From: Nitrospirota bacterium
GTDB taxonomy: Bacteria; Nitrospirota; Thermodesulfovibrionia; Thermodesulfovibrionales; UBA9159
Reading direction: 5' to 3'
NCBI GenBank assembly: GCA_963699545.1
Contig: CAVOUE010000005.1
Location: 224,001-288,000 of the forward strand
Length of the DNA stretch: 64,000 bases
Position 1 is the first letter of the stretch. The number at the start of each line of letters is the position of its first letter. The notes beneath the pieces were generated by a model that made no database searches, was not told where the DNA came from, and saw only the letters and a program-made list of their open reading frames with translations. Shown piece after piece: positions 52,509 to 60,933 of this stretch. The position numbers and the translations under genes were made by a program.

Positions 52509-53034
52509 GGTTCACCACCTTGTCGATCCATATCAGCCACATGAAAACAACCATCACGATGAAGACCACTTGCCAGACGTACTGGTGAAAATATTCGGTG
52601 TACTGAGGCCTGAATTTATCTATCCACGCCATCATAAAAAGCCTCGTCATATTGGCCCCGAAGATGAAGGGTATTCCTGTGACAAGTGCGAGGCCCTTTG
52701 CCTTAAAGGAAGAGGGGTAGACCAGGACAAAAGAAGTGAAGATGAGCATGATGAATATTGCAGTGCATTCGGTTGTGACTAACCATGTGCTGTTGGTGAG
52801 GTATATTGTATTGCTGTCCACAGTTGCCTGAAGACCTGAAAGGTGTATCAGCCCTGTGATCACATAAGAAGTGAATATATCAAGAAAGGCCAGATATTCT
52901 TTCCTGCCGAGATACCAGACTATGAGGTCAAGAAGTACCACTGCAGAACAAAACAGGAGGGCGGTCTTCAGGAATTGTGTATTGCCGGAGACCGCCCCTT
53001 TCTGTTTATTGTCTGAATCCCCTATCTTCGACAT
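52480..53034 (-). CDS. exosortase/archaeosortase family transpeptidase
   Basis: Multi-TM with VTTECTA (Cys), GANMTRL (Arg) and EYFHQYVWQ (His) triad motifs. Confidence 0.85.
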   Translation of the reverse strand: MSKIGDSDNKQKGAVSGNTQFLKTALLFCSAVVLLDLIVWYLGRKEYLAFLDIFTSYVITGLIHLSGLQATVDSNTIYLTNSTWLVTTECTAIFIMLIFTSFVLVYPSSFKAKGLALVTGIPFIFGANMTRLFMMAWIDKFRPQYTEYFHQYVWQVVFIVMVVFMWLIWIDKVVNRETRISLPS

Positions 53035-53051
53035 TCTTGATTCAGGCTTCT

Positions 53052-53654
53052 TTATACTACTCTTTTTTTCCTTGAATAAATAATGACCCCAAGCCCTGCC
53101 AGTCCTATAACTATCAGCCCTATTGTCCCTGTTGCCGGCACTGGTACATATCTTGCCCCGGGACGCACGGCCCAGGCGTAGGCGGGATTAACCTTACCGG
53201 TGTAGCTCTGGATGCCATCGCTGAAGGCGGAAATCCACGCGTATGCCGTATCTGGCGCATACTCCGTACCTGACCAGTAGAAGTAGGTCTGCACATTCGT
53301 AAATGGCCCCGAGTTGGTCAAAGGGCCTCCTGCCACATTGCCCAACTCGGTGTAGTACAGATGCCCCATTTCACTATTGATGCAATTATAAGAGAGACCA
53401 CAAACAGGATCGGCATTGGGAAGCCGCCAGCCGGTGAGACCGGCAAAACCCCCAGCATTGTTCAGACTTGCAGCCCAGGCAACAGCTGAACTCCAAGTCA
53501 TCGCCCCTGCCGTATTGGCATTCTTCAGCCAACTGAGCTGCGTGTCCGTATCATGGATCGTCCCGTCGCCCATGTCCACAAGCGCCCCATGGGCTGAGAC
53601 AGCCAGCCCAAACACCATCACCAAAACGCTTAATAAGAAACATACCCTTTTCAT
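53052..53654 (-). CDS. secreted DUF1566 (Lcl C-terminal-like) protein with C-terminal sorting signal
   Basis: Signal peptide, DTDTQLSW, GWRLP, YWSGT and AWAVR. Ends VPVPATGTIG-TM-RKKR. Confidence 0.85.
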   Translation of the reverse strand: MKRVCFLLSVLVMVFGLAVSAHGALVDMGDGTIHDTDTQLSWLKNANTAGAMTWSSAVAWAASLNNAGGFAGLTGWRLPNADPVCGLSYNCINSEMGHLYYTELGNVAGGPLTNSGPFTNVQTYFYWSGTEYAPDTAYAWISAFSDGIQSYTGKVNPAYAWAVRPGARYVPVPATGTIGLIVIGLAGLGVIIYSRKKRVV

Positions 53655-53709
53655 TGTTATTACCTCCCCCTTAACCGAGATGTAAGATGTGGATAATTAC
53701 CTGATCTTA

Positions 53710-53725
53710 TGCAATTTTTATACCT
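53710..53725 (-). promoter_or_regulatory. possible sigma54 promoter (AGGTAT-AAAAA-TTGCA)
   Basis: GG-N10-GC spacing about 55 nt upstream of the DUF1566 gene, with a long AT-rich upstream region. Confidence 0.4.
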
Positions 53726-53968
53726 TTCCCTAAATTTCCTTATGATTATCAAAACAATGTATATCTAAATAGCGCACCTAAAGGATCTCAGGGTAGAGGA
53801 AAGGGATAGCATAAAATCGTAATTATGATGTAGCCTTTCTCAATTTGAGATTACCGGGTGGTTAAATCACCTAAATCAATGATAATTTCACCATTTACCG
53901 GGAATGACTTGGCACAGGTCTGTATAGCCTGAAGTAAGACACATTCAATCAATACCATTTCAAAAATA

Positions 53969-53997
53969 AGAACCCCGCCCAAGACGGGCGGGGTTCT
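53969..53997 (-). terminator. intrinsic terminator after the multiheme selenoprotein gene
   Basis: Perfect AGAACCCCGCCC/GGGCGGGGTTCT stem, followed on the minus strand by TATTTTT. Confidence 0.8.
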
Positions 53998-54020
53998 ATC
54001 GAAAGCAAGTCAGCCCTATC

Positions 54021-55223
54021 TTATTTGTCGAGAGATACCTTCTTTGTCACCGAGTGGATCGGATACTTGTTGTCAGGGTTGACGTCCTCGTAGACAAGGT
54101 CCACCGTAACGTCAGCTGCTCTCACCCCTGCAGGGAGATCGAACTCGATCGTCTCTGCCTTTGTCTTATTGGGCTGGAGGCTCGTATCGCGCAGATTTGC
54201 CACTTTCCATTGTGCCCCGTACTTCATCTTTGTGTCGCGGCAGTTTGTGGCTTGAGGGTGATAATGCTTCTCCACTTTCCCGATCTCTTTGCCGTCTGCT
54301 GCCTTTGCGGTCACTACCATGACCACTCTGTTATGGGAGGGTCAGCCATCCGGGATTCTGTGTCCTGCAGCAGTGGTGATTTTCGTTTCTACCACGATCT
54401 TCGGAACATACGTGGCAGCCTTTCTTAGCCACTCATAACCGATGGCCTGAACATCGAGATTAATTGCCTTGGCAAGAAGTTCGGAAGTCCCCTTGTCGTC
54501 ATTGAAGTTGGGCGCGATGAGGTGATCTCCGTTTTTCATGTGGCATTCCTGGCAGGTGTGTGTCCCCCCCGAGGATACGTAGTTATGCAGATAGCTCCCA
54601 TAGAGGTTAGCACACTGGAATGCCTGATCAAACTCAAGGTTTGGACCAAGTCCGTGGCACTGTCCGCAAAAGACCGAATCCTGAATGATAGCGCTCTTCT
54701 TCACCTTCGTGAAAGTCTTATCAGCATGAGAAGCCACGTCTTTCGTGCCGTAAAGAACGCCCATCTCCGGCTCGCCCAATTCTCTCTTGTGGATGATCGC
54801 CTTGGTGTTATGACAGACGATGCAGGTGATCTGCAGCTTGGCGACTTTGGCCGAATCTTTCGCGAGAAGCGCCTCTGCCAATTCAACTGCTACTGAATCC
54901 TCAGCAGAGGTAACAGCCTGCGGGAGGTGGCACTTAAAACATGGGAAATTCTTTAATGTGGCCTTCTTGGGCTCATCCGGAGAAAAAGCGGTTGCACCCT
55001 TTGTCGCGAGCGGCGTCAGCATTAAGCCGCCCTTGACGCCCATCAAAGGTCTTGCATGGTGGGATTTTTCCCACGCTGCATAGATTTCCGCATGACAGGA
55101 TTTACAGCCTGACGAGTCATACATCTTTGCCAGTTCATCGATGGTCTTCGCCTTTTGTGCTGATGCTGTAAACGGCAACGCGATCAGCAGCAGCAAGACC
55201 AGCATAATCTTAAGACCCTTCAT
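54021..55223 (-). CDS. extKL: periplasmic penta-heme c-type cytochrome selenoprotein (ExtKL-like), Sec at codon 294
   Basis: Signal peptide and five CxxCH (CKSCH, CFKCH, CIVCH, CGQCH, CQECH). GHRIPDG-UGA-PSHNRVV joins ORFs 54342-55283 and 54021-54326 in frame. SECIS-like hairpin follows. Confidence 0.85.
54307..54326 (-). promoter_or_regulatory. bacterial SECIS-like hairpin (GUGGUCAU-GGUA-GUGACCGC)
   Basis: 8-bp stem with a G-initiated loop 23 nt after the UGA at 54344-54342. Confidence 0.7.
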
Positions 55224-55316
55224 AACCCCTCCTTTTTCATTCGTGCGCCTCCTCCTCCCCCTCAGGACCAGACTCCATATCACCCCCTTTCTTCTTGCTT
55301 TTAAATTCCTATAAAA

Positions 55317-55345
55317 AGTGTACGTCCGATACCGGCCATTGTCAA
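55317..55345 (-). promoter_or_regulatory. sigma70-type promoter TTGACA-N17-TACACT
   Basis: Consensus-like boxes upstream of the selenoprotein gene. Confidence 0.65.
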
Positions 55346-55534
55346 CAGAGTATCAGCATGATGCCTTTCATTATGCACACAAATTCATAAGTGAATTTTA
55401 CCGGCGTCATCTTCTCCTTCCTGCTGTCTTTCGCATAGCAATGCGCAGTCTTTCAGGAACAGAATGATGAGCAGAATGACGTTATCTGCAGGCTTCAGAG
55501 AGAGCAAGGCGGGGGACAGTCCGGCGTTGCGGCA

Positions 55535-56236
55535 CTATCCGGATAAACGAGAGGCATATACTTCCTCGATACCACCGTTATGCATTTTCATATGCCTCCT
55601 GGTCTGTTTTGCCAGTTCCTTGTTGTGGGTCACCATAAGGAACGTTATCAGTTTTGTTTGATTCATTGTCATGAACAAGTTCATCACCGCTGCCTCGGTT
55701 TCCTCATCAAGATCTCCGGTCGGTTCATCGGCAAGGATCATCTCAGGCTCGTTCATGAAAGCACGCGCAATGGCGATACGCCTTTGCTGGCCGCCGGATA
55801 TCTGAGCAGGGTACGCATCAGCCTTGTCACTCAGTCCGACCAATCTCAATAGTTCCAGGGCCCTCTCTTCCGCCTTACCCGCAGGAAGTTTGCCGGCATG
55901 AAACCCCACAGGGAGAAGGAGGTTCTCCTTTGCGGTCAGCATCGGAAGCAGGCTCGCGAACTGGAATACGAATCCGATCTTCTCGCACCGGTACTCAGAG
56001 AGCCTGTCGGTGTCGAAGGTGTAAATGTCACTGCCGTTAAAGAGAACCCTCCCTGCCGAAGGTTTCGCGATGCCCCCAAGGATCGAAAGAAGGGTCGTTT
56101 TGCCCGAACCGGAATGACCGATGATCGAAACGAACTCTCCGCGATCGATCGCAAATGACGCGTTGTTCACCGCATGAAGCACCGTTTCACCTACGGCGAA
56201 GCTCTTTGTCACCTCTTCAACGACCAGTTGCGGCAA
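55535..56236 (-). CDS. ABC transporter ATP-binding protein (LolD/MacB-like)
   Basis: [26 protein letters not shown] and VTH. TTG start follows the permease stop. Confidence 0.9.
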   Translation of the reverse strand: MPQLVVEEVTKSFAVGETVLHAVNNASFAIDRGEFVSIIGHSGSGKTTLLSILGGIAKPSAGRVLFNGSDIYTFDTDRLSEYRCEKIGFVFQFASLLPMLTAKENLLLPVGFHAGKLPAGKAEERALELLRLVGLSDKADAYPAQISGGQQRRIAIARAFMNEPEMILADEPTGDLDEETEAAVMNLFMTMNQTKLITFLMVTHNKELAKQTRRHMKMHNGGIEEVYASRLSG

Positions 56237-56238
56237 AC

Positions 56239-57435
56239 CTATTCCCCCTTTAATACAATGAGCGGCTCTATCTTCTTTATCCTCTGAATGGGCGAAAGCG
56301 CGCCAACGACACAGATCCCGGTGCCGATCACGAGCCCCGACACGGCAATACACAGACGTTCCACCACGCTCAGGTCCGTTGATATGTTCTTCAAAATGGC
56401 AAACCCTTTGGCGAGCACCAGGGAAAGGACGGTCCCCGAAACAATGCCGATGAGGCTGCCGATACCGCCGATGACCGCCACCTCAAGAAGGAAGAGTCTC
56501 ATCACATGGGACTCTTTTGCCCCGATGGCCCTCATGATCCCCACTTCCTTGGCCCTCTCATTGGCAATGCCGGAAAAAACAGCCCAGGCAAGAAATGCCG
56601 CGAGGAACGACGCAAGGATGATCGTCATGAGGAATATCCGGTTGATGTCCCTCAGTGCATTGAGAACATTCTTGCCGATATCCTTTCTCGCAACGGTATC
56701 GGTTTCGATTATGGAGTCTTCAAGATCTGCTGCAACACGAATAGGATCGTACCCCTTTTTAACCCTGGCAAAGATGACCGATATCTGCCCCGGTTTTATA
56801 TTGGCCTTGCCCTTTTTTAGAATATCATCGATATTGTTCTCATCGATGAATATCGCCGTATCGAGCCCCGTCCCTGTTTTATCAAGCACCCCGACCATCT
56901 TAAAGACGTTCCCAAAAAGGACGCTGTCCACTTCGGTAAGGCCCAAACGGATATTGAACGCTGATTCGCTGCCGACAATAGCCTCCCCTCTTTCGAGCTT
57001 CCTTCCGAGCTTCTTGTTCAGCCAGGGTCTAATGACAAAATCAGTATCCTGGTTGAACGCCACTACAATGGACTCGGGTACATCGCAACACGCGCCTGTT
57101 ATGGTGGCAAGATACGTCTGGTGCGTCAGCGCACCGATCCCATTGATCTTCCTCACCCTCTCCAATATCCCTTTGTCCATATAGAACGTCTTGACCTTAT
57201 TTTCGAGAAGCACGTCCTCTGCAGCGCCTCTTGACCCCGCAGGCACGATCAGCAGGTCTGCGCCAAGTCTTTCGGAAGTGATCCTGATGCTCGAATCGAC
57301 CCGACGCACAAATGACAGGGCAAAGACAAGAACGGATACCAGAAGACCGATCGCTACTATCAGTATCCCCGTTCTGAGCGGTTTTCTTTTCAGGTTCTTT
57401 ATCGCAAGCGAAGAAAGAGTGAATTCGTTTGTCAT
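56239..57435 (-). CDS. ABC transporter permease (MacB/FtsX-like)
   Basis: KNLKRKPLR, large periplasmic loop, ERAKEVGIMRAIGA and 3 C-terminal TM. Confidence 0.9.
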   Translation of the reverse strand: MTNEFTLSSLAIKNLKRKPLRTGILIVAIGLLVSVLVFALSFVRRVDSSIRITSERLGADLLIVPAGSRGAAEDVLLENKVKTFYMDKGILERVRKINGIGALTHQTYLATITGACCDVPESIVVAFNQDTDFVIRPWLNKKLGRKLERGEAIVGSESAFNIRLGLTEVDSVLFGNVFKMVGVLDKTGTGLDTAIFIDENNIDDILKKGKANIKPGQISVIFARVKKGYDPIRVAADLEDSIIETDTVARKDIGKNVLNALRDINRIFLMTIILASFLAAFLAWAVFSGIANERAKEVGIMRAIGAKESHVMRLFLLEVAVIGGIGSLIGIVSGTVLSLVLAKGFAILKNISTDLSVVERLCIAVSGLVIGTGICVVGALSPIQRIKKIEPLIVLKGE

Positions 57436-57516
57436 TAGATCGTTATTATAGCGGAATGAGAGACATTCTTTCTATGCGGCCATATGGCCGCATAGAAAGA
57501 ATTCAAAGATGGGATG

Positions 57517-58662
57517 TTATTTCTTGTAGTTTGTGTCCAGGCCGCAGAGGATGGCGTTCTTGTCGCCTTTCCCCATGGTCTTGTGACATCCGAAACAGAC
57601 CGAAGCAGTCTTGCCCACAAGCTTCTTGGCATCAGCGTCATACAGCAGCAATACGCCATCCGTGATCTTCTTGCCAGGCGTCGGTTTGCCCTCGGGGTCG
57701 CATCCCTCGGTCTCCGCGGTTCTCAGTGTCAGAAGGGCATATTTGCCGTCAGGCGTCGGCTGTACATCATGGTTCTCGCCAAAATCGGGTTTCGTCATCT
57801 TCTCATCCAGGAGCTTCAGGCTTGCGGCATCGATCACCCACATCCTGTCAGCAGCCGACTGGTAGATGACCTTATCATCAGCGCTGAAATACATTCTGAA
57901 GGTAATGGTCTTCCCGGCCTCGCCCGTAAAGGTGGCTCTCTTAAGCTCTTTCATCTTGCCTTTTTCCAAAGAGGGGAGATCCACAAGGATCATATCCTGC
58001 TTGCCGTTCATTTTTCCGTCCTCGCCTTTCTGGCTGAGCACGATGACAAATTTCTTCATGTCATGAGAATTGATCCCGTGCACGAACTGATAGGTGCCGG
58101 GCTTGTACCCGAGGTCGCTTACGAACACCCTGTGTTTATGGTCCATGGTCTTCTTATCGAATACATCAACATAGCCTTCGCTGCCCATGAACACCGGCAT
58201 GTAGTATGCCTTGCTCTGGCCTGAAGCGCAGTAGACCGGTCCCGTTTTCGCAGGGGACCTCGGATCCGGAGTCATTGCAACATCCTTGATCACCTTGCCT
58301 GTCTTCAGATCGGATTTGCCCACGTGCATCTTCCCGTCCTTGTCCAGCCCGTACGTCGACCAGAACAGCGTGTTCCCATCCACCGCATCAATTCTTGAAT
58401 CATGAGTTTTATAGCCGTCCGGTGAACCGATGCTCACCATATCGAGACTGTTCACCTTAACAGGATCAGCAGCATTATTCGGATCGATGGTCACATCTGC
58501 CTTGGCAAAGTGTCCGCCATGCCCTGCTACGTAAACCGTGGTCGAATATATCTTCTTTGCTGCCGTCGCAATGGAAGTCTTCGAATCAGCAGCGGTGAAC
58601 ACAAGATACGCGCAAAATACAACCGCTACCAACGTCGCAAAAACAACTACTTTCTTCTTCAT
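57517..58662 (-). CDS. exported beta-propeller-like protein with His-rich motifs and a C-terminal CxxCH
   Basis: Signal peptide. YVTN-like strands with GHGGH, THD, VHG and NHD motifs. CFGCH near the C-terminus. Confidence 0.7.
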   Translation of the reverse strand: MKKKVVVFATLVAVVFCAYLVFTAADSKTSIATAAKKIYSTTVYVAGHGGHFAKADVTIDPNNAADPVKVNSLDMVSIGSPDGYKTHDSRIDAVDGNTLFWSTYGLDKDGKMHVGKSDLKTGKVIKDVAMTPDPRSPAKTGPVYCASGQSKAYYMPVFMGSEGYVDVFDKKTMDHKHRVFVSDLGYKPGTYQFVHGINSHDMKKFVIVLSQKGEDGKMNGKQDMILVDLPSLEKGKMKELKRATFTGEAGKTITFRMYFSADDKVIYQSAADRMWVIDAASLKLLDEKMTKPDFGENHDVQPTPDGKYALLTLRTAETEGCDPEGKPTPGKKITDGVLLLYDADAKKLVGKTASVCFGCHKTMGKGDKNAILCGLDTNYKK

Positions 58663-58929
58663 TTACATCCTCCCCTTATCGTGTTTGTTTAGTCGACCTA
58701 CTTCACGCTGGTCGGATCTGCGTTTCCGCCGCCACCTCCTTTCATCACGTCCAACCAGTATTGTGCAGTGAAACCTCATGATGGGAAAATCTTACTCTGT
58801 GCCCTGCGACGCTCAAAAGCATTTTTTATAGTAGTATATAACCACGACTCAGAGCAAGTTATAGACAAATAAAATCTTCTTATAGGCATATTTGCGCTCC
58901 TAGAATGCGAGAAAGTTTCGAACCCCTCT

Positions 58930-59502
58930 TCACCTGTTAATGCTTACGGACAGGAGTTTTTCCCCTGACCGTTCGAAGACCAGGCCGAGTCTGAACTCGT
59001 ACCCTACGCGCGCATCCTCCGGCAGCTTGAATACCATAATATGCAGACCTCCGGGTCTTAATTCTACCGTGCTCTTTGCCGGAATGGGTATCTCCTCCCT
59101 CTTTGTCATCTTCCCGTCTTTGACATCGTGAATTTCGGTGATCGTTCCAGGGATATCCGCTCTTGCGCTGACCAATTTGTCATCCCCATTCCCTGAGTTC
59201 TCGATCCGCAGGAAGATAGAGCAGACCCTCAGAAGCGCAGGAGACAGTCGCGCCTCCTGTTTTTCAATCTCTATGTGGGGAACCCTGGAACATGCTGCGA
59301 TACCGGCTGCCATGAGAGATGAAGCAACTAAGAAGAACAAGATGCTGAACGCACCCTTTAACTCCAGGGTCTTTTTCCCCACGATCCCTCCCGGATTCTG
59401 GTCATAGATATCACAACCGGTCACCTCTATGATTTTTTTAGAGACCCTGGTCCGTTCCGTCTCTCCGCTTTTCCTGTCGGGACCACCATAAAGGGCTGTC
59501 AT
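58930..59502 (-). CDS. copper chaperone PCu(A)C family lipoprotein (true start probably downstream of 59502)
   Basis: IAAC lipobox-like, DDKLVSA and EIH..M...LRPGGLHIM copper motif. Confidence 0.85.
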   Translation of the reverse strand: MTALYGGPDRKSGETERTRVSKKIIEVTGCDIYDQNPGGIVGKKTLELKGAFSILFFLVASSLMAAGIAACSRVPHIEIEKQEARLSPALLRVCSIFLRIENSGNGDDKLVSARADIPGTITEIHDVKDGKMTKREEIPIPAKSTVELRPGGLHIMVFKLPEDARVGYEFRLGLVFERSGEKLLSVSINR

Positions 59503-59558
59503 CGGTCTGGAACACCCTCTGACAGCCCCCTCCAGTCAACCGACCGACGTTCTTGCGG

Positions 59559-59828
59559 TTAATAGGGAATGATCACATCATAACCGGCCAGGGCCTTGGC
59601 GATCTGCTCTGTGGTCATCTGCTCAAATTTATTTTCAGGATTGTTCGAAAAAATCTTTGCGTCCATATCGCCAAGGGTCTCGACATTAAGGTCGGTATTC
59701 TCGTCGGATTCAAGCTTTTTGTCCATAACGAATACATTCACCTCATCGTCAGCAAGGGTGAGCCCCACCGCCATCCTTAATGCCTCTGCCTGCCTGTCCC
59801 TTATAAGCACAGCGATTTTCTTTGCCAT
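59559..59828 (-). CDS. DsrE/F-like sulfur relay fold protein
   Basis: KIAVLI..EALRMAVGL..VNVFV..YDVIIPY pattern. SD GGAGG. Confidence 0.65.
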   Translation of the reverse strand: MAKKIAVLIRDRQAEALRMAVGLTLADDEVNVFVMDKKLESDENTDLNVETLGDMDAKIFSNNPENKFEQMTTEQIAKALAGYDVIIPY

Positions 59829-59946
59829 ATCTTTCTCCCTCCAAAGAATCGTATGGGTCTATTTTTATCACAGAGAATAACGGTTCGTCAAGGGAATAAT
59901 AGAGCCATATGGAATATAAATCCCTGTTTGTTTCATAATAGAAATC

Positions 59947-60933
59947 ATGGAGCAGTTCATCTCTGTCATCATTCCCAACTACAATGGGAGCGCGACCATA
60001 GAAAAGTGCCTCGGTGCGGTCTATTCCTCGGACTGTGCCCGCTTTGAAGTGATCGTCGTGGACGACTGCTCCACAGACCGTTCAACCGAGATCATAGGGA
60101 AATTTCCCTGCATTCTGGTGGAGCTGGATAAGCACTCGGGGGCGGCGGGAGCACGGAATATGGGGGCGCTCCGGAGCAGCGGCGAGATCCTTTTTTTCAC
60201 TGACGCGGACTGCGTTCTCGCCACGGACACACTTTCACGTGCAGTCCGGTCCATTAAGGGACGAGAAGACTCGGTCATTGGCGGGACCTACGCGGCTATC
60301 CCCTATGATGAGACGTTTTTCAGCACATTCCAGTCCATATTTGTTCATTACTCGGAAACGAGAAGAACCGTTCCCGATTATATCGCAACCCATGCCATGG
60401 TGATCACCCGTGACCTTTTCAGAAAATCAGGAGGATTCTCTGAAGATTTCCTCCCGATCCTTGAGGACGTGGAATTCAGTCACCGGCTCCGCAGATCAGG
60501 TTCCGGCCTCATTATGGACCCTCTCATTCTCGTCCGCCACATATTCAACTTCACACTGATAAAATCCCTCGGGAATGCCTTCAGGAAGTCCATGTTCTGG
60601 ATCGGATATTCCCTCAAAAACAAGGATGTATTGGCTGATTCAGGCACTGCATCCAGGGAACTCAAGCTGAATGTTGTCTCGTTCTTCCTCTCTGCTCTTC
60701 TTCTGCTTCACGCGTATGGTTCGGGAAAGGTACTGTTGCTGTCCTTGCTTCCCTTCATCGCTGCCTTGAATCTTTTCTCAAGCAGGGGACTGATCAGGGC
60801 ATTTCATCAGACGAAAGGGTTTCACTTTGCTGTAGCCGCGACGATGTATTACTCGCTGCTTTATCCCGTGGCCGTAGGGGCTGGGGCTATGGCAGGTGCG
60901 TTGAGATTCTTCCGTTCCGGTGACGGACGATGA
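59947..60933 (+). CDS. family 2 glycosyltransferase with C-terminal TM segments
   Basis: SVIIPNYN, VVDDCSTD, FTDAD and EDVEF. Confidence 0.9.
   Translation: MEQFISVIIPNYNGSATIEKCLGAVYSSDCARFEVIVVDDCSTDRSTEIIGKFPCILVELDKHSGAAGARNMGALRSSGEILFFTDADCVLATDTLSRAVRSIKGREDSVIGGTYAAIPYDETFFSTFQSIFVHYSETRRTVPDYIATHAMVITRDLFRKSGGFSEDFLPILEDVEFSHRLRRSGSGLIMDPLILVRHIFNFTLIKSLGNAFRKSMFWIGYSLKNKDVLADSGTASRELKLNVVSFFLSALLLLHAYGSGKVLLLSLLPFIAALNLFSSRGLIRAFHQTKGFHFAVAATMYYSLLYPVAVGAGAMAGALRFFRSGDGR

Noticed and set aside
53909-53925. Plus-strand sigma54-like TTGGCAC site
   Set aside because: It lacks the -12 GC at the right spacing and points at a terminator with no downstream plus-strand gene.
54021-54326. 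Separate 101-aa gene downstream of the cytochrome
   Set aside because: It is in frame with the upstream ORF across a single UGA plus SECIS-like hairpin and has no clear SD of its own.
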